Positions 19,630-29,801 of a stretch of 64,000 nt of DNA are shown here, piece after piece (within the stretch, counting starts at the first letter, position 1; each line of letters begins with the position of its first letter). The notes under the pieces were generated by a model, which did no database searches, was not told the origin of the DNA, and was given only the letters and a program-made list of their open reading frames with translations. A program made the position numbers and the translations under genes. Source of the stretch: an uncultured delta proteobacterium (lineage in GTDB: Bacteria; Desulfobacterota; Binatia; UBA9968); assembly GCA_963771465.1 (NCBI GenBank), contig CAVYTU010000017.1:224001-288000 (forward strand), given 5' to 3'.

Positions 19630-20037
19630 CTAGCGGCGGTAAAGTTTTTCGATCAGCTTGCGGCCATAATTCCTGACCGAGCCCAAGTCCATGGACCGCC
19701 TTTTCAGCATGTCCAAACGGATGAGCTTCCATTGGAGGCTTTTCGCCAGCGATTTACGTTCGCCTTCATCCTCGACGTGTTTCAATAAATCTTCCAGGAT
19801 GTGGATGTCTTTTAATAAGTCGGCTTCGGGCGGCAGGACGTTGGCGTTCTTGAGCACGTGATAGGCCATGCGCAAGTCTTCCGGCACGGTGCTCAGCTCT
19901 TCGAGCGCCAGCGGTTTGCCTTTGCCGGCGAGATCATCGAACTCGCCGTTGCGCTGGGCTTCGAGAATGCGCTGCTCGGCGAGCCGTTCGATGAAGCCGA
20001 CCGCGCCGGTGGGTTGGGTTGGGCGTTTGATCGCCAT
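19630..20037 (-). CDS. DUF1992 domain protein
   Basis: AEQRILEAQRNGEFDDLAGKGKPL, RMAYHVLKNANVLPPE. Confidence 0.88.
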   Translation of the reverse strand: MAIKRPTQPTGAVGFIERLAEQRILEAQRNGEFDDLAGKGKPLALEELSTVPEDLRMAYHVLKNANVLPPEADLLKDIHILEDLLKHVEDEGERKSLAKSLQWKLIRLDMLKRRSMDLGSVRNYGRKLIEKLYRR

Positions 20038-20050
20038 AGTGATTAATAGT

Positions 20051-21340
20051 TCAATCTCCGTCGTTAATCCTACCCCGTATCGCGGGGGAGGAAAGAGGTG
20101 AGGGTTCGATATTGTAACTTTTTTCTTCCTCCGGCGGTCGCACGTGACGGAACATCATGTAGAAGACGACGTCGTTGACCAATTGTAAACCGCCACCGAT
20201 GAATAGGGGAAGCGTGAGCGAGATGTTTTGCATTAAATATGTCGCGATAGTCGGGCTGATGCCAAAGGGCACGGCTCGCGCCAAGCTGGTGACGCCGGCG
20301 GCTGAACCGCGCTCGCTCGATTGGACCATTGCCATGGTGAACGAAGCGCGCAGCGGGTTATCCATGTAGGCGAAGAACGAGCGTACCGCGAGAAGAGTCG
20401 CTGCCAGAAAGAAAGTCGGTGCGAAGGGAATCGAAAGATAGATCAACGAAGCGAATCCATGGGAAAAGGCCATGGTTCTCACGATGCCCAAGTATCGCGC
20501 GATGATCGGCGCGCTTAAGAATGACAGGGCGGCGAGAAAGTTGGCGATGAAAAAAAGCAGACCGAGAGATTTGAGGTCGACGCCGAAGCGGAGAAAGAAC
20601 CAGTAGGACACCAATCCGCCGGCCATACCGGCGCCGAAGTTGTCGACGAAAGCGAGAATCGACATCTTGGTGACGAACACGCCGGTGGTACGTGAAATTT
20701 TCTCTTCAACTTGCCGCGGTTGGTACCGTTCGTCGATGGCATTATAAACGAATAATAAACCGACGCTGAATAGGATGGTCAGAACAAAGAGCGGTTTATA
20801 CGAGGACACGGAGTCCCAGCCGGCGCGCTCTTGAAGAAATTGTGGCAAACCGGCCGCCAGGGCGCCGATGGCGCCCATCACTGAGCCGACAAAAGCGTTC
20901 AGCGCGAAAATCTGATTGCGGTTTTCCGGCTGACACTTTTCCGCTAGCAGAGCTTCCTCCACGGGATTGAACGGGCCGCCGCCCGAACCGCCGCCTCCCG
21001 ATCCACCGGCGCCGACGTTGGCGATGATGACCGCGAGGAGAATGAAAACCAAGCCGCTAAAGAACACGAAAATGCCATTCGAGATGATCGTCAGGACGGC
21101 GAGCAGCATGAGAATTTTTCTACGCCCGTAGCGGTCCGAGAGGTAACCCCAGACCGCGGTCAGCACCGCGCCGCTCAAGTAAGCGACGGAATAAACGATG
21201 CCGATGGTCACCGGCGAGTAGCCGAGACGATCTAGGTAGATAGCGAAGACCACGTTCAGATAGGAAAAGGCGAAAGCGCGGATGCCGCGCGAGGCCATGA
21301 GCAGTTTGGCGTCGTGATGAAGGTCGCGATAGATGGCCAT
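20051..21340 (-). CDS. MFS transporter (paralog B)
   Basis: GYLSDRYGRRK motif A, many TM segments; start MAIYRDL. Confidence 0.9.
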   Translation of the reverse strand: MAIYRDLHHDAKLLMASRGIRAFAFSYLNVVFAIYLDRLGYSPVTIGIVYSVAYLSGAVLTAVWGYLSDRYGRRKILMLLAVLTIISNGIFVFFSGLVFILLAVIIANVGAGGSGGGGSGGGPFNPVEEALLAEKCQPENRNQIFALNAFVGSVMGAIGALAAGLPQFLQERAGWDSVSSYKPLFVLTILFSVGLLFVYNAIDERYQPRQVEEKISRTTGVFVTKMSILAFVDNFGAGMAGGLVSYWFFLRFGVDLKSLGLLFFIANFLAALSFLSAPIIARYLGIVRTMAFSHGFASLIYLSIPFAPTFFLAATLLAVRSFFAYMDNPLRASFTMAMVQSSERGSAAGVTSLARAVPFGISPTIATYLMQNISLTLPLFIGGGLQLVNDVVFYMMFRHVRPPEEEKSYNIEPSPLSSPAIRGRINDGD

Positions 21341-21342
21341 GA

Positions 21343-22599
21343 TTACGCGGTGGCCGCTTGCGGCTTGGCCCCTTGTTCTTCCGGCGGCTTGACGTCGCGG
21401 AACATGTAGTAGAAGACGCAATCGTGGAACAATTGTAGAAAGCCGCCGATGAAAATCGGCACGCCTAGGGAAAAACTCTGCATTAAATAGGCGGACAGAG
21501 TCGGACTGATGGCCACGGGCACATGGCGCGACAGACTCGTCAGTCCCGCCGCAGAGCCGCGGTCCTCGGGGCGAACTACGCCCATGATAAACGAACTGCG
21601 CAAAGGGGTGTCCATGTAAGCCAGATACGAGCGCACGATGGTGAGGGCGGCGGCGATGGTAAAGGTCGGCGCTAGCGGCAGAAACAAATAGATCAGCGAG
21701 GCTAGGCCGTGCGAGAACGCCATGGTGCGTACGATGCCAATTTTCCGCGCGATGATCGGCGCGGTGAGAAACGACATGGCGGCGAGAAAATAGGACAGAA
21801 AGAACATCAAGCCCAAGGATTTCAGTTCGACGCCGTAGCGCAGAAAAAACCAGTAGGCCATCAACGGACTGATCAATCCGCCGCCGAGGTTGTCGACCAT
21901 ACCGAGGAGCGACATCTTGAGCACGAACTTGTTCGCTTTGGTCGCGAGCTTTTTCTTTTCCCGCTTTTGATAGACGTGATGTTCGTCGATTTGCGAATAA
22001 GCGTAAATCAGCACGATGCTGAACAAAATCGTCAGCGCGAAAAGCGGCTTATAGGAATCGATCGGCTGCCAACGCCAATTTTCTTGGAGATGCTGTGGCA
22101 GACCGCTGAGCAGCGCGCCGAGGGAACCGCACATGGAGCCGACGAAAGCGTTGGCGCCGAACACTTTATTGCGATTCTCCGCCGTGCACTTTTCCGCGAG
22201 CAATGCTTGTTCGACCGGACTCATGGGCCCGCCGCCTTGTCCGCCGGCGCCCGAGCCGCCGGCGCCGACGTTGGCGATAATCACAGCGCCGATGATGAAG
22301 ATCAGATGGCTAAAGAAAATATAGATGAGATTCGAGACGATGGTCAGCGCGGCGAGCAGAATCAAGATGTTCTTGCGGCCGTAGCGGTCCGACAAATAAC
22401 CCCACAGTGCGGTGAGAACCGCGCTGGCGGCGTAGGCGGTGGTGACGACGAAACCGACCGTCATGGTCGAGTAACCCAACTGACTTAGATAAATGGTAAA
22501 GATCACACCCAGATACGAAAAGGCAAAGGCGCGCACGCCGCGGGAGGTCATGAGAATGATCGCATCCCGCTGCAAATCGCCGAAGAATTTCTCGATCAC
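21343..22599 (-). CDS. MFS transporter (paralog A)
   Basis: GYLSDRYGRKN; clearly similar to the downstream MFS; GTG start overlaps the upstream stop. Confidence 0.9.
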   Translation of the reverse strand: MIEKFFGDLQRDAIILMTSRGVRAFAFSYLGVIFTIYLSQLGYSTMTVGFVVTTAYAASAVLTALWGYLSDRYGRKNILILLAALTIVSNLIYIFFSHLIFIIGAVIIANVGAGGSGAGGQGGGPMSPVEQALLAEKCTAENRNKVFGANAFVGSMCGSLGALLSGLPQHLQENWRWQPIDSYKPLFALTILFSIVLIYAYSQIDEHHVYQKREKKKLATKANKFVLKMSLLGMVDNLGGGLISPLMAYWFFLRYGVELKSLGLMFFLSYFLAAMSFLTAPIIARKIGIVRTMAFSHGLASLIYLFLPLAPTFTIAAALTIVRSYLAYMDTPLRSSFIMGVVRPEDRGSAAGLTSLSRHVPVAISPTLSAYLMQSFSLGVPIFIGGFLQLFHDCVFYYMFRDVKPPEEQGAKPQAATA

Positions 22600-23570
22600 T
22601 TGGTCTGCCCTTGTTGCAGGATGGCTTGGTAGTGGCTGCGCTCGTAGTCGAGCTCGGTACGTATGCCGATGGCGTGAAGCGCGTCATTAGCCTCATCCAA
22701 AGATGTGCTGTGGCGCAGCGCTTGAGCCGGCCGGGCGAGGGTATCGTAGAGTTTTCGGGTCGAGACGAAAAAGGTCAGCGCGCTGAGCGGCGTCAGTTTG
22801 ACATGGCGCTCGCCGCGGCGAATATCGTGGTTGCCCCAGGCGCCGCGAAAGCACTGCACCGGAATCGCGCTCGCCTCGGTGGGGACGGTTTTGATCACTT
22901 CTTCGAGCTCCGCGGCGATCTTCGGCGTGAGCGACCAAGCGCCGAGCAGTCCGTTGGCTGCGGCAAGCTTGCTGAGAGCGATCTCAATTTCGCCGACGCT
23001 GAGTTCGCCGTCGCTGCCGTAACCAAAAACGCCCCATAGGGTTCGCTGGCCGCGCTTTTCCAATTCCGTAAACGCGGCGAGCATGATCGAGTCCGCCAGC
23101 GGACTGCGCAGGCCCGGTTCATAGCCTTCGGTCAAAGAATCGCCGCCGACGTCGAGACCGACGAGCAAATCTGCATTCAGTTCTTTCATGGCGACTTCCA
23201 GCCCGTCGACGACGCCTTGCACGCCGCCGTTGATGTCGACGAGCAAGACTTCTCGTTTAATAACCGCCGCCATCCTCGCTTCCGCGAAGGGCACGCCGGT
23301 GCTGGTTTGGCTTTCCGGATTGGCTAGCCAGGCGTGTGGGTGCAGCGCGCGGACGTTATTCGTTTCACTCAATTTGCGCGGGCCGGGGATGGGATCGTAG
23401 ACGTTACGTTCCCAAGAAAGGCCGCCGAGGGTAAATTGCAGGCCGCAAAATTCTAAGAAGCGCGCCGCCGCCAGCGCACCGACCACGTCGCCGCCGCCGC
23501 CAACGCCGATGATAAGAGCATGTTTCGAGGCACGGATGATGTCTTCGAGTGAGGCGGTGGCGGAAGTCAT
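22596..23570 (-). CDS. DUF1152 family protein
   Basis: GVGGGGDV, LDVGGDSL, LRSPLADS, GYGSDGEL. Confidence 0.8.
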   Translation of the reverse strand: MTSATASLEDIIRASKHALIIGVGGGGDVVGALAAARFLEFCGLQFTLGGLSWERNVYDPIPGPRKLSETNNVRALHPHAWLANPESQTSTGVPFAEARMAAVIKREVLLVDINGGVQGVVDGLEVAMKELNADLLVGLDVGGDSLTEGYEPGLRSPLADSIMLAAFTELEKRGQRTLWGVFGYGSDGELSVGEIEIALSKLAAANGLLGAWSLTPKIAAELEEVIKTVPTEASAIPVQCFRGAWGNHDIRRGERHVKLTPLSALTFFVSTRKLYDTLARPAQALRHSTSLDEANDALHAIGIRTELDYERSHYQAILQQGQTK

Positions 23571-24120
23571 TTAGGAATGTGCGTGTCCTGTCCCGGCACG
23601 GGATTGGCGATGGCTTCGTCGATGGATTTCACGCCGTGCCATTCGCTCGACGGCCGCACCCGGCCGTCGCTGCCGACTTGATCGACGCCCCAGTAAATTT
23701 CCAACGAGTGATTGTCTGGGTCGCGAAACTCGACGGCGATCTGGCAGCCGGCGCGGCGTCGACCTTCGAAGTCGATCTTGGCGCCAACCTCGCGCAAGCG
23801 ATCGCACGCGCGCAGAACTTCGCCAAGGGTTGGCACTTCAAAGGCGAGATGATGCAGCTCGCGATTACTATTCTTGCCGTCGCCTTGACCGACGAGAGCC
23901 AGGCAATGATGATCAGTGTCGCAGCGCAAGAAAACCATGCCGCCGGGCATCATGTCTTCGGGATAAACATCGGAGACTTTGAAGCCAAGCACTTTAGTGT
24001 AGAACTCCGTCGCGCGCTCGAGATCGCTGACCTGCAAGACCACGTGGCCGACTTTGGCGATGTGGAATTCCATGCCCTTCGGAGGCGCCAGTTTTTAAGC
24101 TTTTCAATATTAACGGCCAT
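23567..24120 (-). CDS. VOC family protein (probable frameshift near 24095)
   Basis: VGHVVL, DHH, LHHLAFEV, FRDPDNHSLEIY; SD-preceded ATG at 24120 becomes in frame if one A is added to an A5 run. Confidence 0.85.
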
Positions 24121-24177
24121 ACTCGAGCCTCCAATGATTGCGGACAATTCGGTTCGGAGTTGTCGCCCGCGAATAAA

Positions 24178-24975
24178 TTAACTTGGCGAGTTCGGCATGA
24201 GCTTGTTGGCACGCAGAAAATCGATGACGAATTCGTCGAAGCCGGCGGGATCTTCGATGTTACAGGCGTGGCCGGTTTTCGGTAGAATTTTATGCACGGC
24301 GCCGGGAATGAGCGACGCGGTTTTCTTGCCGCCGGCGAGGGAATTGTCGTATTCGCCGTTGATCACCAAGGTCGGCACTTTCATCGTCGCCAGGCGCGGC
24401 GTCATGTCGAGGCCGCCGCGGGCGCGAAAGATTTGCCCGATGGATTCACCGGACAGCCACGGGTCGCGCTCGACAAACGTATTGAGCAAATATTTGCCAA
24501 GTTTGGTTTCAGGAAAATCCGGCGCGACCAATTCGCGTAAATGTTGGATGTGAAATTTCTCGATGCCGATTTTGGTATAGCCGTGAATCCGCTTATCGAT
24601 GCTGCCGCCGGGGCCGCTGCTGCCGCCGACGAGAATAATTGCTTTAAAGATTTCCGGGTGATCGAGGCCGAGCAAGATGGCCATGCCCGAGCCGACGCTG
24701 ACGCCGCCGAGGATCGCTTCTTTCACGCCTTCGTCACGGCAGACGCCGAGCACGTCGTCAGCCATGTCTTTTAAACTGAACGGCGTTGTCGGCTTGTCCG
24801 AGCGGCCGTAGCCGCGGATGTCGATGGCGATCACTTTGAAGTAAGTCGAGAAGTGGGCGATCTGATACATCCACAAGTTGTGGTCGAAGGGATTGGCGTG
24901 AACCATGACGAAGGGCAAACCTTCGCCGGAAACTTCGTAGTAGATCTTCAGGCCGTTGGCTGTGCTGTAGGGCAT
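24178..24975 (-). CDS. Alpha/beta hydrolase
   Basis: DIRGYGRS, GVSVG nucleophile elbow, GEYD, GHACNIE; start MPYSTANG. Confidence 0.9.
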   Translation of the reverse strand: MPYSTANGLKIYYEVSGEGLPFVMVHANPFDHNLWMYQIAHFSTYFKVIAIDIRGYGRSDKPTTPFSLKDMADDVLGVCRDEGVKEAILGGVSVGSGMAILLGLDHPEIFKAIILVGGSSGPGGSIDKRIHGYTKIGIEKFHIQHLRELVAPDFPETKLGKYLLNTFVERDPWLSGESIGQIFRARGGLDMTPRLATMKVPTLVINGEYDNSLAGGKKTASLIPGAVHKILPKTGHACNIEDPAGFDEFVIDFLRANKLMPNSPS

Positions 24976-25011
24976 GGTGTTTTTTGCGCAGTGAGTCGCT
25001 TTGGGGTTTCG

Positions 25012-25076
25012 CCTTACCCTCACCGTTTACCCTTTACGGTCGATTCGGTAAGGGGTGAAGGGTAAGGGGTTAGGGG
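25012..25076. repeat. Inverted tandem heptamer repeat (GTAAGGG-like)
   Basis: ccttaccctcaccgtttaccctttac ... gtaaggggtgaagggtaaggggttagggg. Confidence 0.6.
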
Positions 25077-25096
25077 TCACGGAATCGTTCCATTAG

Positions 25097-25802
25097 TTAG
25101 TTCGATTTCCTCGGCCGCTCTTGCTTGATCTTTTCTTTCACTTCTTCGAGCTTCATCACGTCGGTGTACTTGTGGTGCATGTCGAAGAGATTTACTTTGT
25201 GCGACAGGATACTGCGGTCGTAGACGCATTCTTCGACGATGGACACGTGATAGCCGAGACTAGTAGCCGTCGACGCAGCTGGCGCGCACACAGCCGCTGG
25301 TGCTCTCGCCGCAGACGATCAAACTGTCGCATCCCAGTTGAGTTAGATGCGCGACCAGCGGCGTGCCGAAAAAGCCGCTGGCGCGTTCTTTGAAAATCAC
25401 CACGTCGCCTTGCTGCGGCTTGAACTCTTCTTTTATTTCAAACGCTTCGGGATCGATCTTCACGCGCTGGCGGTTGGTGGCGTAGATGTAGTCGGGCTTG
25501 GCTTCTTTTCTGGTTTCCGTGGTCGTGTAAAAGACCGGAATTTTGAGCGAGCGCGCCAACGCGAATAGTTCCTGGGTCGGTTTGATCGCGTTATGCGCAT
25601 AGACGCCGCAGGAGCTTTTATGAGTGTCGACCAGCTCGTGCGGATATTTTGCGCCGCCTTCATAGGCGAGGTTGTAAAGATCGATGGCCAACAGCGCCGG
25701 TCTTTGGCCGATGTAGGTTTCGCGATGATACGGCGTGTACGTTTTCATAATTTCCGGCGAGACGATGTCCTGCCAACAATGATCTTCAAATTCTGCTGCC
25801 AT
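25097..25802 (-). CDS. Isochorismatase-family cysteine hydrolase (frameshift near 25260)
   Basis: ALLAID, KERASGFFGT, GESTSGCVRAS; continues DGY/SLGYHVSIVEECVYDR after removing one base. Confidence 0.85.
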
Positions 25803-25976
25803 GTTTCACTCCTCAATTTTTATTGTGACGCAGATTGAGCACCCGACTCCTCATCTACATATAGCTTCGCGCCGATGTCAAGAAAGCCGGCTGATTGGCG
25901 AGAAAAGACGTTGCGCGCTGGTTTCGGCAGTGATAGCTTTTCGCCGAGCAAACCCCCGAACTGAGGTTAAATCGAG

Positions 25977-26422
25977 ATGGACTATTCAAAAGAGTTCGTC
26001 GCTCAGCTCTCCGATGACCAACTCCAAACCGAGTGGGAAAAGTATCTCGCCTATTCCTATGAGCGACAGAGGCTGCGCGGTTTAGTTCAGAGCGTTCTCA
26101 GGAAAAAGGCGCCCGAGCGCGCGGTCAACGCTCAAGAGCTTGCCGAAGGTGGACTCGCAGCAGTTAAATCCGGCGACAAGGAGATTCTGCTTGCTAAAGT
26201 CGACGGCAAGATCCACGCCATCGACAATGCCTGCGGCCACTTAGCCTACCCGCTTAACGACGGCAAGCTTGACGGTCATGTCGTTACCTGCCCCTGGCAC
26301 TTCGCCCGATTCGACGTGCGCACGGGCGAGGTCGTCAGTGCCGGAATCGATTTCGAGAATCTCAAACCATTGGAATGCAAGTTTCCGCTGATGGAAGTTT
26401 GGCAATCGGTGAAAAGCCATGA
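25977..26422 (+). CDS. Rieske ferredoxin 1 with N-terminal helical extension (frameshift near 26375)
   Basis: CGH...CPWH; shifted frame ends QVSADGSLAIGEKP-TGA, overlapping the next ATG (ATGA). Confidence 0.75.
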
Positions 26423-26866
26423 ACCAGACATACACTCGCGAAGAACTCGAAAAACTCAGCCATGCCGAGCTCAAGAAGTTGGCCGCCGAGCTGGAAATGG
26501 AAGGGGCGCAGATCAAAAAAACACGCCACTATTTCATCAGCCGAGTTTTGGCGGCGGATCGAGAACCGGCCGCTCAAAGTTGCCAAGCTCGGCGAAGGCG
26601 AGATGGCCGCCGTGCGCCTGGGCGACCAGCCGATTGTCTTCGCCAAGGTTGAGGACAAGATTTACGCTTTCAACGACCGCTGCCCGCACAAAGGGTTTCC
26701 ACTCCATAAAGGCAGCCTGGACGGGCATACTCTCACCTGCGCCTATCACGGCGGCCAGTTCGACATTCGCAACGGCCAATGTTTGAAGCATCCTTATGAA
26801 ACGTATCCGTGTCAGAGTTTCGCCGTCGATGTGGCTGAAGACGGAATGATTGAGTGCAAGTCGTGA
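26419..26866 (+). CDS. Rieske ferredoxin 2 with N-terminal helical extension (frameshift near 26550)
   Basis: MNQTYTREELEKLSHAELKKLAAEL joined after a shift to DRCPHKG...CAYHGGQFDIRNG. Confidence 0.75.
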
Positions 26867-26907
26867 CTTCGCCGGTTGGCAGCAGGTGAAAAAACCGGAG
26901 GTGCGAA

Positions 26908-28030
26908 ATGAGCCGTTGCTGCTCAGTGCGCTTCGCCGTTTTCCTCCCAATTACCGCATGGCTTTGCTTCGCGAGCGTCGACTCACGCCGCCGCGCCGAG
27001 TCCCGCGGTCGCCAAGGCCAAGCATGACGCCGAGGCAAAGGGATACATCTTTGAGTCCAGCCGCGATGAGATCGTCGCCAAGGCAAAAAAAGAAGGTGCC
27101 GTTCGGGTGCTGGCATCATCGAGTCCGGCGGCCCTTGCGCCGCTCGTTAAAGCTTTCAAAGACAAATATCCTTTCATCGACGCCCGCGCCACAGAGATCG
27201 TGCGAGAAGATTCGCAGACACGGGCTATGCAATTAAAATCGGGTTCGCGGTTGGACGAAGATGTCATCCACGTTCCGCCGGATCTCTATCCGGATTATCT
27301 GCCGTATTTGAAAAAATTCGACATCGCCGCCATGGCTGAGCACAAAGTCTTGGACATTCCAGTGAAGATGATCGACTCCATTCAGCTGAATCTGGTGGCG
27401 ATGGAAAGCTCGCTACAGGTGGTGGCGTTTAATAAATGTCTCATCGATCCGGCCAAGGTTCCCAATAGCTGGGAAGATTTTCTCAAGCCGGAATTCAAGG
27501 GCAAGAAGTTCCTCGTCGATATCCGCCCTAATCTTGAGACCGTCATGGCCGCCGGAGCGGGTGAGGCGTGGATGGTCAACTACGCCAAGCGAATCGCCGC
27601 GCAGCAACCGATTTGGATTCGCGGCCAAACCAAGACAATCACACAGATCGCCGCCGGCGAGTACACGCTCCATCGCGGCGCGTATTATCAAGGCGTGGTG
27701 CGAAGCATGCGCAAAGATCCGACCGGCTGCCTCCAGTCAAAAATTATCGAGCCGATCCCAGTTCGGGTCGACGGACCGCACGCAGTCTTGGCGACTTCAG
27801 CCAATCCTCACGCGGCTCTGCTCTGGCTGGAATTTATGGCCGGCGTCCAGGGGCAGGCGATCACCGATGAATACGAGCCGGTGAGCGCGTCGGTTTACTC
27901 GCCCGGATCGGTGATCGAGAAGATTGTCAGAGGCAAAAAAGCGTGGATCAGAGATTTGCAGTCGATCGATAAGACGCAGAAATGGATGGCGATGGCGGTC
28001 GAAGCCTTCGGCTTTCCGCGCGGCAACTAA
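26908..28030 (+). CDS. ABC substrate-binding protein (frameshift near 26980)
   Basis: GGAGG-preceded ATG at 26908 with signal peptide; body AKKEGAV...PNSWEDFLKPEFKG...NPHAALLWLEF. Confidence 0.8.
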
Positions 28031-28065
28031 CGGTATTTGCAACCAACTCGGTTTAGATTTCGAAA

Positions 28066-28305
28066 TTACATTTGGTTGGGAGATTCAGTCGCTTTGCGCG
28101 CCCGGATCTCATTGATCTCGTGCCAGTCCTCGGCCCAGCGCTCTACTTCTTCTTTCTTATCGCCGTAGCGTTTTTGCACGACGCCGAGGAATTTATCGTA
28201 GTCGCCTTCCGCTTCGAGCAGATCGTTGTCGGTCAACTGGCCCCATTTCTTTTTGATCGCACCTTTGAATTCCTGCCAACTTCCTTCGAATTGTTCTTTA
28301 TTCAT
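28066..28305 (-). CDS. csbD: CsbD family stress protein
   Basis: MNKEQFEGSWQEFKGAIKKKWGQLTDNDL...QKRYG. Confidence 0.9.
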   Translation of the reverse strand: MNKEQFEGSWQEFKGAIKKKWGQLTDNDLLEAEGDYDKFLGVVQKRYGDKKEEVERWAEDWHEINEIRARKATESPNQM

Positions 28306-28354
28306 GAGAACGCCTCCTTGTCTCCAGTGCCCGAGTTTTCCCGCTTCTACCGCA

Positions 28355-29101
28355 TCAACCTCTCCAATAATTTTCCTGCCCATAATGTTCATAGAGCTGG
28401 GTTTCATACTCGCGGTCGAGTTTGTCGGAATTAAATTCTGGCCCGCTCTTTATCGCCTCGCGCGAAAGGTTGACGTAAACGTTGGAGTTCTTCCAATCGA
28501 CAGTGGCGATCCACCGCGGCGCTACCAGGATTTTCTTTCCCGGCAACCAGTTGCGGGTATCGACGACCATATAGCGAATCGTCCAGGTGTCATCGTCGAC
28601 AATAAAATCATCGACGTGGCCGATCTCGCCGTCGGTCGCCTGAATCGAGTATTCGGTCACGTGCTTCATGCTGCGTAGATGGGATTGATTCACCTCTTCC
28701 GTGAGTGCGATCTTTTGATCGATGTCTTCGGCAATCAAATCCCGCGGCAGAGTTACCGGTCCCCAAATTTCATCGCCGGCCCAGTAATAGGGGAATCCGT
28801 AGTAGTTGTAATACCTAACTTCATCTTGAGCCGACAATTCTTCGTTCAGGCTAATATCCGGACTATTTTTTACCTGTTCTTGCGTCAGTAACACCGGCAG
28901 TCGTTTTCCCTCCCAGTCCGCCTGATCGACGACGATGGGCGAAATCAACACCTTGCGTCCGGGCAACCAACGTTTGGTGTCCGCGACCAAATACCGAACC
29001 GTCCAATTTTTATCGTCGAAAATAAAATCGTTGGCTTCGCCGATATCACCGTCGCGCGCGCCAATGGAAAAACCTTTCAGATCCTTCATTTTACGAAGCA
29101 T
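28355..29101 (-). CDS. Tandem PRC-barrel domain protein
   Basis: Two repeats of I.A.DG.IG...DFI.DD..WT.RY.V.DT..WLPG.K.L. Confidence 0.9.
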   Translation of the reverse strand: MLRKMKDLKGFSIGARDGDIGEANDFIFDDKNWTVRYLVADTKRWLPGRKVLISPIVVDQADWEGKRLPVLLTQEQVKNSPDISLNEELSAQDEVRYYNYYGFPYYWAGDEIWGPVTLPRDLIAEDIDQKIALTEEVNQSHLRSMKHVTEYSIQATDGEIGHVDDFIVDDDTWTIRYMVVDTRNWLPGKKILVAPRWIATVDWKNSNVYVNLSREAIKSGPEFNSDKLDREYETQLYEHYGQENYWRG

Positions 29102-29319
29102 AACGTCACCTCCGTGGCCGAGAATTAGGTTGACTTGGATTCAGCTCTTCACTAGGAACTTAAACGATGAGCGACAACTGTATTCGCTGGTTATATGTCG
29201 CATGGGCGGTTAATTGGCTCAAGTGTGTAGTATTGACCATGGTGAGCGGACTTTCGACTTACTTGAAGCGGTTTAAGTATCGCCTTGACCCCATAATGCA
29301 CTTATGCGGGATGGTTGCC

Positions 29320-29333
29320 GTCCAATTTTAGAC
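29320..29333. promoter_or_regulatory. Palindrome GTCCAATTTTAGAC (shared motif)
   Basis: Same GTYYA-N4-TRGAC pattern as 56231 and 63120. Confidence 0.35.
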
Positions 29334-29400
29334 GGTTTCGAAAATGATTCGCAGTCGGTCTAGTCGACCACCTAGTCTATTAGTTCTTTGGAGGTGTGCC

Positions 29401-29670
29401 GTGGGTCGTATAAATGTTTTCTTGACCGACGAGCTGCTCGAACGGATCAACGAAGAAGCAAAGGAAGAGAAAACCACCCGCAGCGCGCTGATTCAGACGG
29501 CTTTGGAGAATTATATCGAAGCCCAGCGGCGTGATCGCGCAGAGGAGGAAAAACAGAAAACGATGCATAAAGCCGCGCGCAAGATGGATGCGTTGGCAAA
29601 GAAATTGGGCAAATGGAATGCGCAAAAAAAAAATCCGAAAGTACCGCCGAGCAACCTCAAGGAAAACTAA
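29401..29670 (+). CDS. Ribbon-helix-helix (CopG) protein, antitoxin-like, no toxin partner
   Basis: GGAGG + GTG; MGRINVFLTDELLERINEEAKEEKTTRSALIQTALENYI; A10 run near the 3' end. Confidence 0.75.
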   Translation: MGRINVFLTDELLERINEEAKEEKTTRSALIQTALENYIEAQRRDRAEEEKQKTMHKAARKMDALAKKLGKWNAQKKNPKVPPSNLKEN

Positions 29671-29741
29671 TCGTCTAAGAAATTAGGAGTTTGAAGAAGG
29701 TTATACGCTAATTCTGAAGTTTAATTTTGTTCTGGTCAGGA

Positions 29742-29801
29742 GTTTAACGTCTTGGGTGAGAGGCGCGGTCCACCGCGTCCGTCTCAACCCAATGGTTAGA
29801 C
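29742..29801 (-). mobile_element. Integron attC site (60 bp)
   Basis: Minus strand GTCTAAC-CATTG-GGTTGAGA-CGGACGCGG-TGGA-CCGCGCC-TCTCACC-CAAGAC-GTTAAAC: R'', 8-bp L'', 7-bp L', R'; the oxidase stop codon lies inside R''. Confidence 0.85.

Noticed and set aside
25977-26786. 269-aa ORF-track protein as a single Rieske fusion
   Set aside because: Its C-terminal half is out-of-frame read-through; two separate genes with an ATGA overlap fit better.
29283-29313. dif-like site (minus strand ATCCCGCATAA-GTGCA-TTATGGGGTCAAG)
   Set aside because: The spacer is 5 bp rather than 6 and the XerD arm diverges after TTATG; worth rechecking only if reads add a base.
29670-29741. Additional tiny cassette or attC remnant (minus strand GTATAAC...CTTAGAC)
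   Set aside because: It has no L boxes or hairpin and is too degenerate to support.
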